From positions 1 to 62,410 of IMG/VR virus record IMGVR_UViG_3300013132_000053: DNA of 62,410 bases. One strand, written 5' to 3'. Source of the stretch: a virus (lineage: Duplodnaviria; Caudoviricetes). A program made the position numbers and the translations under genes. The notes under the pieces were generated by a model. That model searched no databases. It worked only from the letters and a program-made list of their open reading frames with translations, and was not told the DNA's origin. Of this stretch, positions 1 to 9,426 are shown piece by piece (positions within the stretch are counted from its first letter, which is position 1; every line of letters begins with the position of its first letter).

Positions 1-348
1 AAATTCAGTTCCAAAAACCTTTGCGTATTTTGATTGTGAACGGCGAATGTCAGCATCCAATCCACGAATTGTCGGGCTTCCCGGGCTTCTTGGACCTTGG
101 CGCTTTATGTCTCCCACAACCCTTTTGAAAGACTTTACTTGCGCAGGAGTGACGTTGTGTGACTTTGGATAATCTATTGCTCTTTCAAGTGCGATCAAGT
201 CATTTAATCGCATTGTTCCGGCTTTTTGGCCACGCATTTTTCTTCTTTGCTCCGGATCATATATCTCTGCTTCCTGCAGTGATCTGTGGATGTGTGCATT
301 GTCCCAGATGTTATTTGAGAGATTTAGATGGTCTTTGAAGAAATTCAT
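1..348 (-). CDS. Hypothetical late protein, 3'-truncated by the window edge (MNFFKDHLNLSNNIWDNAHIHRSLQEAE...)
   Basis: Manually translated open frame from ATG 348 to the edge; TATAAATA 6 nt upstream; not in the ORF track. Confidence 0.65.
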   Translation of the reverse strand, partial: MNFFKDHLNLSNNIWDNAHIHRSLQEAEIYDPEQRRKMRGQKAGTMRLNDLIALERAIDYPKSHNVTPAQVKSFKRVVGDIKRQGPRSPGSPTIRGLDADIRRSQSKYAKVFGTEF

Positions 349-354
349 TTAAAA

Positions 355-362
355 TATTTATA
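355..362 (-). promoter_or_regulatory. T4-type late promoter TATAAATA
   Basis: Exact gp55 consensus, 6 nt before ATG 348. Confidence 0.7.
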
Positions 363-370
363 TTATTGAA

Positions 371-856
371 TTAAAGACTCAAAGAAGAAGAAGATGAACC
401 AAAGGTAGTATTCTTCAATGAAGGTGCCTTTGTTGGCAATGAAACCGATGGCTTCGTTGTCTGGGTATTGGGAAGAGCAGCGCTGAGGCTTATTGTCGGG
501 GTTGTTTTTGTTGTATCACCGGGAATGTTGGATCCAGACAATTTTTCCAATGCACTCTTTCTCAAGGCTTGGTCCGGTTCAGGAAGATAATCCATGTCGG
601 ACTTTGGTGCAGACGGAGAATATTGAGAAGCAATCGATGTATTTACCTGAGAAAGCTCAGTTTGCTTCATGTTTATTTCATTCTTCAATCTCTCAATTTC
701 TCCTCGATTTCCAACAGAAACTTTCATGGAATCGCCAAGATCCTTTATTTGCCTTGCAAGATCGTCTCTGTACATTTGAAGAGAATCTTTTTCTCTTTTC
801 TTTGAAGGATTTGCAACATTATCTTCTATAAGTAAAAATTGTGAAAACTTTAGCAT
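371..856 (-). CDS. Hypothetical protein, possible internal head protein
   Basis: N-terminus MLKFSQFLLIE resembles the T4 capsid-targeting sequence; TAAATA 5 nt upstream; coiled-coil-like segment then S/T/P-rich tail. Confidence 0.6.
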   Translation of the reverse strand: MLKFSQFLLIEDNVANPSKKREKDSLQMYRDDLARQIKDLGDSMKVSVGNRGEIERLKNEINMKQTELSQVNTSIASQYSPSAPKSDMDYLPEPDQALRKSALEKLSGSNIPGDTTKTTPTISLSAALPNTQTTKPSVSLPTKAPSLKNTTFGSSSSSLSL

Positions 857-864
857 AAAATTAT

Positions 865-1512
865 TTATTTCTTGAAAAGATTGACAACTGATGTTATGAA
901 ACCTGTTGCAGAATCCTTGGCATCATTTACATTGAATCCCCTTCCCTCTTCCTTTCCAAATTTTCCTTTTGGACACGAAAGCGTTGGCATGTAAAGTTTT
1001 TGTGATAATGCTGCTCTTGGATTTCCTACTGTGCATCCACAACCACCTTTGCACCAACCTATAGAATCTGTTGCGTTTTTTGCGGTCTTTACTAAAAATT
1101 CGCATGACAGGCATTTTGCTTTTCTTCTTTGAAATGCTTCCTCGGATATTTTTCCTTCCAGCAGTTGAGAGGATTCTGCCTTTATGTAATTTTTTGTTTT
1201 TTCGGACAAAGATGGTTCATCGATTTTGATTACTGGAATGGAATTTTCTTTTGGACCAAAATCAACAATCTCGACTTGATTTGAATCTTCATCGAATACG
1301 ACTTTCTTAATTCCTTCAAAAGTATATCTCTTGGTGCAAGCAGCACAATCCGCTACCGATGGATTTTCCTTCACTCCCAACCTGCAGACTGACTTGCACT
1401 CGCTCACGTCTGCGCTCCAGTACTGGCAGTTTACTATTGGAAGGTCTTTTCCAAAAACCGTGCAAAGAACTGTCTTTGGAAATGTTATCTCGTTTTTTAC
1501 TATTTTTTCCAT
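865..1512 (-). CDS. Cys-rich putative metal-binding protein (DUF6171-like C-terminal motif)
   Basis: RxxxCxxC...CKGGCGC...KL...CP motif; directly downstream of the 1350-aa gene. Confidence 0.6.
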   Translation of the reverse strand: MEKIVKNEITFPKTVLCTVFGKDLPIVNCQYWSADVSECKSVCRLGVKENPSVADCAACTKRYTFEGIKKVVFDEDSNQVEIVDFGPKENSIPVIKIDEPSLSEKTKNYIKAESSQLLEGKISEEAFQRRKAKCLSCEFLVKTAKNATDSIGWCKGGCGCTVGNPRAALSQKLYMPTLSCPKGKFGKEEGRGFNVNDAKDSATGFITSVVNLFKK

Positions 1513-1523
1513 TTATATAAATC

Positions 1524-4500
1524 TCAATTAGAATTTATAGTTATAAGACTTGAATCTATCTTGCATCTCTGACAACAATCACAAACCGCTCTCTCAGGAT
1601 TGCAAGGATTTCCATCATCGTCATAGCTATGAAGATCATTTAGGTAATAATAATAACAGCTTAGATTTGACAGGTCTCCGGGATTTTCTTCAAAGTTTCC
1701 AGAACCTGGAATATTCGGCATTCCTAATGCATTAAAATATGGCAATTTTATTCCGACTACTGGATCACATGCAACTTTGAAAAAAATTGTTCCCCTTGAT
1801 GCGCAGGGAAATGAGAGCGACCTGCATATCGCGGCATCTGCACCACACTCTTCAGATGCTTCTGGGCTTCTTGCTCTTTCTTCATAATCAAAATTGAATC
1901 TTATACCCTGAGCCCATTCAGCAAGAGAAACCGAATTTGTAGATGCCTGTCTTGTTACGTTAGGATATGAATTTACTATTTTGCTGTCTGGATAATCAGG
2001 TAAAAGACTTTCGATTAAGTCTACCTGTATTCTTGAACCACAGAGAAATCTCAGTGATTTTCCTTTCAGGTATACGGTTACACTGCCTCCGCTATTTGCG
2101 GTTGTCTGAGATCTATCAAGCCACAATCTGTCTCCAGGAAGAGCCAGCAATTTATTTGAGCAATTATTCCCGGAAGTGCTTGGGCATACTCTGGTTGTAT
2201 ATCTATTGCCAAACCAGAACCAGGGATTGATTGAATTTGCTACAATTCCTGTTCCAGCCGCACAAGTATTTATTTTTGAGGCAATCATTGCTGCATTTGC
2301 GGATGCTATTTGAATTTTAAAATTTTCACACAGCAATATCTCTGCAGACCTGAGTCCAGCTGTGGACGAATTTGTGCTTTCTCCCGTATAGCAATATACA
2401 AGATATTTTTGCCATAGATAATCACCATCATCATCATCATAGCAATCATCATCTACATCTGATAAATCCGGTATCACAAACAAATCCTCTGCTGGACTTT
2501 GAACATCACCGGGAGCACCTACATTTATGTCTCCACATTTGTTGTCATCAACTACTATCAAACTATGTGCTTTTGCAATAGCATCGGAAGTACTCAAACC
2601 TATAAACATACAGGCAGGAAAAGTTATGCTTAGTGCATTTGATTGATATTCCGGTCCATTGGCTGATCCACATTCAGGCAATGTGCACGATTCAAATGGT
2701 AAATTTTGCAAAGAATCACAGTTTCCAGGAGTTTTTGCAAAATAAAATGCATTCTTGTAATATACAGTTGTGTCTATATCATAAGAATCTTCATAATCTG
2801 GAAATGGACAATAGCATTGTTTTACTGCTATGCAACAATCTTTTGCATCTTGATTTACAGTGCTGCTTCCAGGAGCACATGGTGGTTCAGGTACTACGCA
2901 ACCAGGGGGATTGCAATTACATTCCTCGTATGCATCGAAAGGAAGGGATGCTGTTGTTCTTAATCTTGATCTGGTTCCTTTGAGCCAAGGGCCATCAAAA
3001 TCCCATCCTGAGCAATTATATGTTTCTATAAAAGAACTTGTTGATGATGAATTTGTAGTTTCAGAATCATTTTCAATATTTACAGATTCTCTCACTCCAA
3101 ATGCTGCTTTATATTTTCCAAAATAACCTATCCATTCCGCAGGCAAATTCAATAATCTATTCAACAATTGTTGAGTAAAAGGTGTGCCAACAGTTAAACA
3201 AGTATCAGGCACTCCATCAAAATCAGTATCAAGACAAGTTCCTATTACGCAATCTGCATCAGTTGTGCAAGGAGAGCCTATGCCACCGGGTCCGCCTCCA
3301 CCACCGCCTCCACCACCGCCTCCACCACCGCCTCCTCCTCCACCACCACCGCCTCCTCCTCCACCACCGCCTCCTCCTCCACCACCCCCAGAAGAAGTGC
3401 ATGGAGGATTGCTTAAAACTCTAACAAGGCAATCACTGATTGTTTCGGGACATGTTACAATTTCACCTATATCAAGATTTATGTTGTCAAGACATTTATC
3501 CAATATAATTGTTGTGTCTACAGACACTTTTTCTAATAAAGATTCACCAGTTTCAACATTATCATAAAAATACTCTCCTGCTGGCAACAAACAAACATCA
3601 GCATTTGATGATACTGTAAGTGTATTTGCTATCGCAAAAAAATCTTTTGTAGGAACAGGTGTATACAGAAGTTCGCTGCATGATTGGCTGCAAGAAGTCT
3701 GGTAAATTGTATCATCGCAATAATTTTCAATTATGAATTCATTTGTATATGATGATAGGTCTGTTATTGCTGAAGCGGCTGGAATATTAGGAAGAAGAGT
3801 ACCTACTTCTATTAATGTTGCTCCAGGTGCAAACTGATAACGATTTATTATGTCAGGTGTTCCAAAATAAGTCCAAGCAGAGCTTGGCACGCATAAGTAA
3901 ACAAATCCGTTTAGGGGATTTGTGCTTAGATAAGGATATACTTGAGATGGAATATTTGAAGTACATACTGTGATTATATTTTCTGGAGTTGGGTTTGAAC
4001 ATAGACATCCACTTGCATTCCCAAGTGGATCAATTTGACCAAAGCAAGATGATCTTGGTTGTTGACAAATTGGCATGCAAAGAAATGCATCACAACAAGT
4101 GGTTATGTTATTGTAATTGTACGTATTTGAATTTGCTTTGAACCATTCAAAAACTTGTTTATGATCAAAGAAGTTTTTTGATACTGAAATATACCATTTT
4201 ATGTTTTCTGGGGTTCCATCTTCCAAATATACATTTTCACAACCAATCGTAGATCTGTAATGACCCGTCAAAGGATTATCATCTGTGTTTGTTTTGATTA
4301 ATATATATCTTTTTCCATTTAATTCAAAACTTATTCTGACTCCATTTAAATTTGGAGCAGCAACGCTTGGAATTCCGGATATTATCGTATTATATTGATC
4401 CTGCGTAAGGCATATGTGCAATGGAAGATCTATTGTTCCGCGTGTATCGCTGTCAACATCGAGTTGGTTTTCCGTGCATCTACACCATCTATTTCTAAAA

Positions 4501-5576
4501 TAACTTGCAACCTGTGAATTTGCACCACTTGCCCCCGTTTCAAATTGTATACCATTTATCAATCTTCCCTGTTGATATCCTCCAAGTCCTGCATCATAAT
4601 TAAAAGTAAAATATGGATTTGCTCTGCAACCAGGACCAAGGTCAGTTCCTTCAAAAAGATAATCCGAATCTACTTCTTGGAGAGCATATGGGCCGGGTGT
4701 TCCTATGACTCTAGAAGATCCTCCTCCTCCTCCACTGCCATCTCCGCCACCGCCACCACCATACCAACCAGCACCACCTCCACCACCATAATCAATGCTT
4801 GGCTGAGCCGAAGTAGAAGGCCATGGTCCATAACCAGTGCCACCGACATATTGGAGACCATTTGATGCATTTCCCCCACCCCCATTCCCACCATTTGATT
4901 GTTCTCCACCAAATCCCCCTTGTGACCCTTCTCCATTCAATCCTCTATATGTTCCACCGTGGCCACCGGAGGCACCTGCTATGCCACCAGCACCACCGCC
5001 ACCCCCAACAACAGTATTTGGTAATCTATCAGTTATATTTCCGTATGCTCCTTGAAACCATGCAGCTCCCCCACCCCAGCTAGCCATTGGATATCCTACT
5101 CCACCATAACCTTTATAAAGCACTGGTGCATCGGGAGAATCCACATCAATTGCTCCTCCACCACCATGTCCGGTTCCTCCAGGAAAAAGATTAATCGATG
5201 TATCAAAAAGATAAGCATCATCTGTTTGAGTTGAACTAAATTCTCCATACACCAATTGGATATATGCGCCATTTCCTCCATCTGAATTTGGATTTGAACC
5301 ACCACCCGCACCTCGCATCATTATGGCAACTTGACGAGTTGCATCTAATTGAGCATAAAATCCATTTGTTCCAATATCAACAACTTTATATGGTGTAGTC
5401 GGACCATATAAAAAATTTGTATTGTTTATATTTGAAGTTCCTACCGGAGCAAATATGGCCTGATATCCCAGTTCGTTGAAATTTGCAGATTCATATTCTG
5501 TGCAAGGAACTGCAACATAATAAATTGTTGTTGGCGGAGGAGGAGTAGTATCACAACAACAAATTCTTCTTGGCAT
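1524..5576 (-). CDS. Large Cys-rich/Gly-rich putative virion fibre or receptor-binding protein
   Basis: 1350 aa; ALK/LTK-type glycine-rich domain (GAGGG...GGNGAY, GGGG repeats); about 60 Cys by hand count; DTDFDGVPD Ca-binding-like loop; late promoter upstream. Confidence 0.6.
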   Translation of the reverse strand: MPRRICCCDTTPPPPTTIYYVAVPCTEYESANFNELGYQAIFAPVGTSNINNTNFLYGPTTPYKVVDIGTNGFYAQLDATRQVAIMMRGAGGGSNPNSDGGNGAYIQLVYGEFSSTQTDDAYLFDTSINLFPGGTGHGGGGAIDVDSPDAPVLYKGYGGVGYPMASWGGGAAWFQGAYGNITDRLPNTVVGGGGGAGGIAGASGGHGGTYRGLNGEGSQGGFGGEQSNGGNGGGGNASNGLQYVGGTGYGPWPSTSAQPSIDYGGGGGAGWYGGGGGGDGSGGGGGSSRVIGTPGPYALQEVDSDYLFEGTDLGPGCRANPYFTFNYDAGLGGYQQGRLINGIQFETGASGANSQVASYFRNRWCRCTENQLDVDSDTRGTIDLPLHICLTQDQYNTIISGIPSVAAPNLNGVRISFELNGKRYILIKTNTDDNPLTGHYRSTIGCENVYLEDGTPENIKWYISVSKNFFDHKQVFEWFKANSNTYNYNNITTCCDAFLCMPICQQPRSSCFGQIDPLGNASGCLCSNPTPENIITVCTSNIPSQVYPYLSTNPLNGFVYLCVPSSAWTYFGTPDIINRYQFAPGATLIEVGTLLPNIPAASAITDLSSYTNEFIIENYCDDTIYQTSCSQSCSELLYTPVPTKDFFAIANTLTVSSNADVCLLPAGEYFYDNVETGESLLEKVSVDTTIILDKCLDNINLDIGEIVTCPETISDCLVRVLSNPPCTSSGGGGGGGGGGGGGGGGGGGGGGGGGGGGGGGGGPGGIGSPCTTDADCVIGTCLDTDFDGVPDTCLTVGTPFTQQLLNRLLNLPAEWIGYFGKYKAAFGVRESVNIENDSETTNSSSTSSFIETYNCSGWDFDGPWLKGTRSRLRTTASLPFDAYEECNCNPPGCVVPEPPCAPGSSTVNQDAKDCCIAVKQCYCPFPDYEDSYDIDTTVYYKNAFYFAKTPGNCDSLQNLPFESCTLPECGSANGPEYQSNALSITFPACMFIGLSTSDAIAKAHSLIVVDDNKCGDINVGAPGDVQSPAEDLFVIPDLSDVDDDCYDDDDGDYLWQKYLVYCYTGESTNSSTAGLRSAEILLCENFKIQIASANAAMIASKINTCAAGTGIVANSINPWFWFGNRYTTRVCPSTSGNNCSNKLLALPGDRLWLDRSQTTANSGGSVTVYLKGKSLRFLCGSRIQVDLIESLLPDYPDSKIVNSYPNVTRQASTNSVSLAEWAQGIRFNFDYEERARSPEASEECGADAAICRSLSFPCASRGTIFFKVACDPVVGIKLPYFNALGMPNIPGSGNFEENPGDLSNLSCYYYYLNDLHSYDDDGNPCNPERAVCDCCQRCKIDSSLITINSN
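3291..3389 (-). repeat. (GGN)33 tract encoding 33 consecutive glycines
   Basis: 33 NCC triplets counted on the + strand, built from imperfect 12-21 bp units. Confidence 0.95.
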
Positions 5577-5597
5577 AAATTATTCCAATTATGAATA

Positions 5598-5605
5598 TAT
5601 TTATA
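5598..5605 (-). promoter_or_regulatory. Late promoter TATAAATA for the 1350-aa gene
   Basis: Exact consensus 21 nt upstream of ATG 5576. Confidence 0.7.
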
Positions 5606-5975
5606 GCACCTTTAGACCTTCATCGGTGGTATAGTAAATTTTATGAAAAACTTCTTCACACCATTTAGAACATACTGGACATGGCTTTGAATTTCTTGCC
5701 TGACCAAAACGATTGAATCTAAAATTTATGAGTATTAGTTTTTCACCAAGCAAATTTTTTGGTATTTTCCTAAATGCATCAAATTCAGAGTGCATGTCAG
5801 CGGTTCTATAACCAAGTTTAAGAGTATAAGGGTGGGTCTTAAAAACATTTTGACCCACCGATATAATCTTTTTTTTGTATATCACCAGCGAAATGTGTTT
5901 TTTCTGGCGTTCCATGGCCATTGAAAGAGGCTTGGCTATGGGCAAGTAATTTTGTATTACCGTTTCAATGTTCAT
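5601..5975 (-). CDS. Cytidine/dCMP deaminase-fold zinc protein
   Basis: HSE ... PCPVC Zn/catalytic motif. Confidence 0.75.
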   Translation of the reverse strand: MNIETVIQNYLPIAKPLSMAMERQKKHISLVIYKKKIISVGQNVFKTHPYTLKLGYRTADMHSEFDAFRKIPKNLLGEKLILINFRFNRFGQARNSKPCPVCSKWCEEVFHKIYYTTDEGLKVL

Positions 5976-6292
5976 TACATCGTCAACTTCAACTTAGGAC
6001 CATCCTTCGGAGGATCCAACTTGTTTGTAGGAGTTACAATTCCATTATTGAGGCTGCTGTCATATTGCTCTTTTAGTTCCTCAAGTGGATCTACCGTAAA
6101 TGCAATAAAAGTTTTTGGAATTGTCACGCCCTTTGCTGCCTTTGTGTAAACCATCCAAGGCATAAGACCAATCTGGCCTTGACGCATGGGAACCAAAATA
6201 GCAGGATCCTTTAGCGTGTATGCTGTATCTGTCTCTTCAAATCTTGATAAAATTTCTTCGCCCGAGTTTAGTCTAAATACTTTTACGTTCAT
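5975..6292 (-). CDS. Conserved T4-like phage protein, Sm-like fold
   Basis: MNVKVFRLNSGEEI...GLMPW pattern recalled from T4-like cyanophages; start moved to ATG 6292 behind an AAGGA SD. Confidence 0.65.
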   Translation of the reverse strand: MNVKVFRLNSGEEILSRFEETDTAYTLKDPAILVPMRQGQIGLMPWMVYTKAAKGVTIPKTFIAFTVDPLEELKEQYDSSLNNGIVTPTNKLDPPKDGPKLKLTM

Positions 6293-6312
6293 ATAGTTCC
6301 TTTGTTGGGCAG

Positions 6313-6340
6313 ATATTATCTTATAATAAACAAAAAGCAA
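6313..6340 (-). promoter_or_regulatory. sigma70-type promoter TTGCTT-N16-TAATAT
   Basis: Intergenic position; same 16-bp spacing as other promoters in the window. Confidence 0.4.
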
Positions 6341-6349
6341 GAATTAATA

Positions 6350-7033
6350 ATGAAATCATTTAAGCAATTTTTACTAGAACAATCGCAAAGTCAACAAATA
6401 AAATGCGATATAAACGGCATCTGCAAAATTATAAGAAAATATGAATCTGCAGGAAACGAGAAAAAAATTCTTTCAAAATATCTTGACAGCAAGGGATTGG
6501 AGACAATTGGACACGGACATCTAATTACACCAGAATCTAAACAAATTTTTTCTGATGTATTTCCTGCAGAACACAAAGTTGATCCCGATTTTGGAAAAAA
6601 GGCCCTTGATGGGTTAATATCACTAACACCAGCACAAGTTGAAACTTTGTTTGCAAGAGATGTTCAATCTAAATTGCCTGGTGTTGTAAAAATGATTCCC
6701 GAATTTGAATCAATGACATCAGAATTGCAAGGAGAACTTGTATCTGAACATTTTAGAGGAATGTTGGGCAAATCTCCAAAAGCAATATCGCTGCTAAATC
6801 AAGGAAAATATAATGAAGCAGCAAACGAATATTTAAATTCTACTGAATATAGAGAAGCAAAAGGAACAAAGGACACAAAACCTAAAAATCCTGGACTGGC
6901 CCCTAGAATGGAAAATTTGGCAAACGCAATCAGAACGGAAGTTCAACGTCGGAAGGAACGTCAGCAGTCTTCGCAATCCACCAATCAGGTTCCTCCGAAT
7001 AGTTCCACTTCGCAAACCTCACCTTCTCGTTAA
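6350..7033 (+). CDS. GH24 (T4-type) lysozyme with capsid-targeting-like N-terminus
   Basis: E-x8-D-x5-T (EKKILSKYLDSKGLET) followed by IGHGHLI; likely start MKSFKQFLLE at 6350. Confidence 0.8.
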   Translation: MKSFKQFLLEQSQSQQIKCDINGICKIIRKYESAGNEKKILSKYLDSKGLETIGHGHLITPESKQIFSDVFPAEHKVDPDFGKKALDGLISLTPAQVETLFARDVQSKLPGVVKMIPEFESMTSELQGELVSEHFRGMLGKSPKAISLLNQGKYNEAANEYLNSTEYREAKGTKDTKPKNPGLAPRMENLANAIRTEVQRRKERQQSSQSTNQVPPNSSTSQTSPSR

Positions 7034-7493
7034 GATAATACTTTCGATAGGCAACAACGGCATTATTGTCCTTATATTGTTCTGGCATTGCTTGTGCAAA
7101 TCCAGTCAACTTGCCTTTTGTAATATTTACAGGAGGATCAAACAATTCATTTTGCAGCATAGATTCCATTGCATGGACTTTGTTATACCTACGGGTATAT
7201 TCCTTGCAAAGGGCATAAGCATGCCTCCAAAGCCAAATATAGTTTGATCGATTTTCTCTGGCCCAAATTGTGCAAGGATGATTAATCATTGTTGCCTTGC
7301 AGATATTTTTTTTGGTGCAAACATGAGTTTTGTATTTGCGCTTTCCCGTATTGATTTCCAAAGGATCTCCATCCAAAACATGATGTGCCGTGGAAAGAAG
7401 CTGGCACGATTCAAGAATCATTTTGACTACATGCTTGTCGCACATCATGCGAGCGGAAGTTGCGGCGTCTGCGTCAAGGACAAAAATGTTCAT
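6930..7493 (-). CDS. Pyrimidine-dimer DNA glycosylase/endonuclease V-like family protein
   Basis: MNIFVLD...DKHVVKMILESCQLLSTAH...NHPCTIW...AYRKYY signature. Confidence 0.7.
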   Translation of the reverse strand: MNIFVLDADAATSARMMCDKHVVKMILESCQLLSTAHHVLDGDPLEINTGKRKYKTHVCTKKNICKATMINHPCTIWARENRSNYIWLWRHAYALCKEYTRRYNKVHAMESMLQNELFDPPVNITKGKLTGFAQAMPEQYKDNNAVVAYRKYYLNEKVRFAKWNYSEEPDWWIAKTADVPSDVELPF

Positions 7494-8524
7494 ATTTCGT
7501 TATTCTCAAAAATGTTGTTAATAGTGCGATTGACCTTGATTAGTCTACCATTGGAATATAGTTGAGGCAAGTTAAAAGCGCCAACATATGAACAAGCGGA
7601 GCGAATTCCTCCCAATATTTCATTTACGGTGTTTTTTACAGATCCTTTATATGGAACCTCCACTGTTCTGCCTTCTGATGCTCTGTAGTCCGAAAGACCT
7701 CCATTATATTTTTCATTTGCCGTCTTGCTGCTCATTCCATAATGGAGCATTTTTAATTCTCCGTGCTCGCCATGTCTAATTTCTCCCCCGCATTCGTCAT
7801 GGCCGGCAAATATTCCACCAGCCATGACAAATGCAGAACCAGCAACAAAAGCCTTGGCAAAATCACCTGGATATATTATTCCACCATCAGCAACGATCCC
7901 AATACCTAATGCTTCTGCCATTTGCACACACTCTAACACCGCTGAGAGCTGTGGGTATCCTATTCCTGCCACACGCCGGGTCAAGCACATTGATCCCGAT
8001 CCTATTCCCACTTTTACTAGATCTGCTCCAGCCTTTGACAATTCCTCTACCCCCTCTGGGGTCACTATATTTCCTGCAATCAAAATTGATTTCGGCCATT
8101 TTTCTCTAACCTTTCTTACAAAAAAATGAAAATCAGTCATGTAACCATTTGCAACATCCAAACAAATAAACGTAGGATCTTTTATGTTTTCATTATCAAC
8201 AAAAAGCCTGCTTTCTGCATCCAAGCCAAGTGTTAAGGATACGTATTTTTCTTTTTCCGGAAAAGACTGAGCAAACGCAGAATAATAATCTCCGCCCTTT
8301 TTCAAACATGTAATGATTCCGTACTCAGAAAGAACTTTTGCCATTTCATGTGTACCAACAGTTGACATGTTTGCGGCCATGATTGGTACCCCCGACCAGA
8401 ATGAACCACAATTAAATGTTGTTCCCGTTGTCAAAGATACTTCTTTTCTTGACTTCACGGTGCTTGTATTAGGGACTATCAAAACATCTGAATAGTCCAT
8501 TTTTGCTTCATAATTTATGATCAT
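7490..8524 (-). CDS. guaC: GMP reductase
   Basis: DYSDVLIVP, PIMAANM, CLDVANGY, KVGIGSGSMCLTR, GYPQLSAV, YRASEGRTV, RSACSYVGA. Confidence 0.93.
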   Translation of the reverse strand: MIINYEAKMDYSDVLIVPNTSTVKSRKEVSLTTGTTFNCGSFWSGVPIMAANMSTVGTHEMAKVLSEYGIITCLKKGGDYYSAFAQSFPEKEKYVSLTLGLDAESRLFVDNENIKDPTFICLDVANGYMTDFHFFVRKVREKWPKSILIAGNIVTPEGVEELSKAGADLVKVGIGSGSMCLTRRVAGIGYPQLSAVLECVQMAEALGIGIVADGGIIYPGDFAKAFVAGSAFVMAGGIFAGHDECGGEIRHGEHGELKMLHYGMSSKTANEKYNGGLSDYRASEGRTVEVPYKGSVKNTVNEILGGIRSACSYVGAFNLPQLYSNGRLIKVNRTINNIFENNEI

Positions 8525-8531
8525 TGAATTA

Positions 8532-8559
8532 ATTATACATTTAACATTCTATGTGTCAA
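8532..8559 (-). promoter_or_regulatory. sigma70-type promoter TTGACA-N16-TATAAT; guaC ATG lies 7 nt after the -10
   Basis: Both hexamers are perfect consensus. Confidence 0.8.
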
Positions 8560-8562
8560 TAA

Positions 8563-8739
8563 TTATTTTAATTCTTCTATTCTCTTTATGGCATCTTTAA
8601 GACTTAACATTTTTTCTGCCAAATCTTTTGATGATATCTTGTCTCTAAGATAGTCTTCATATTTTGCCAATATGATTTTTGATTCTCTGAAAAGAATTGC
8701 ATACAAATGATCAATTCGTTTTGAATCATTATGTTCCAT
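8563..8739 (-). CDS. Small hypothetical protein (58 aa, MEHNDSKRIDHLYAILFRE...)
   Basis: Manually translated; fills the gap; TAAATA 6 nt upstream. Confidence 0.6.
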   Translation of the reverse strand: MEHNDSKRIDHLYAILFRESKIILAKYEDYLRDKISSKDLAEKMLSLKDAIKRIEELK

Positions 8740-8748
8740 CAAACATAT

Positions 8749-9426
8749 TTATTCAATTCCGCTGGTTTCGTCTCTAACGAACCTTTGCAAATTTACCATG
8801 TAGAATGAAGACCACTTTTTGTTTATTATATCCCATGTTAAAAGTCTTCCACCACGAAGTCCATAAAATCCATACAATCTTGTTTCTTTTTCTACATCTG
8901 GTATAAATTTTTCTGAAAGAGTTCCAAGTATTCTGGATATACGACCGTCTATTTTGTAAAAATCTATTGTGCAGGATCCAGAAAGCATCTCAAAAATTGT
9001 TTCTGTCTGAGAAATAAAATTAGATTCATAAACCTTTTCTTTTGTTATTATTGAAACTTCAACCTGATAGTCTGAAGATGGATTATAGCTTCTTAATCCT
9101 TGGAGATCATTGTTAAATTCAAAAAATGTTTCCGCAGAACCATAAGATTTTCTAAGATATTGATTAAATTCCTCGTCCTTTTCACTTATTTCTCTATACT
9201 TTATTTTCCTATATTCGGATCTAATGTAATCTTCTTTTTCCTTTGAATCTTTTTTTGAAATATCAGAAAGGTTTCCTGACAAAAATTGTTCTTCAATTAC
9301 TGCCTCAAATTCATAATCTATATTTGGATTTGTCTTTACGGGAGGAATATCTCCAAGATTTTTTGAAAACGAAGAGTCGTTTTTTACAATTTGAATTTCC
9401 GGTGTTGGTTCATTTTTTTCTGCCAT
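8749..9426 (-). CDS. Hypothetical protein with C-terminal WYL_2/DUF2693-like SH3 barrel
   Basis: FYKIDGRISRILGTL...WDIINKKWSSF pattern. Confidence 0.55.
   Translation of the reverse strand: MAEKNEPTPEIQIVKNDSSFSKNLGDIPPVKTNPNIDYEFEAVIEEQFLSGNLSDISKKDSKEKEDYIRSEYRKIKYREISEKDEEFNQYLRKSYGSAETFFEFNNDLQGLRSYNPSSDYQVEVSIITKEKVYESNFISQTETIFEMLSGSCTIDFYKIDGRISRILGTLSEKFIPDVEKETRLYGFYGLRGGRLLTWDIINKKWSSFYMVNLQRFVRDETSGIE

Noticed and set aside
3182-3567. Plus-strand poly-Pro and His/Leu-repeat ORFs
   Set aside because: Antisense shadows of the poly-Gly tract in the 1350-aa gene; no promoter or SD
4545-5311. Several short Pro/His/Ser-rich ORFs
   Set aside because: Alternative-frame or antisense shadows of the glycine-rich domain
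6302-7033. Lysozyme as tail spike gp5
   Set aside because: No OB-fold or beta-helix repeats, only 227 aa, and outside the baseplate cluster
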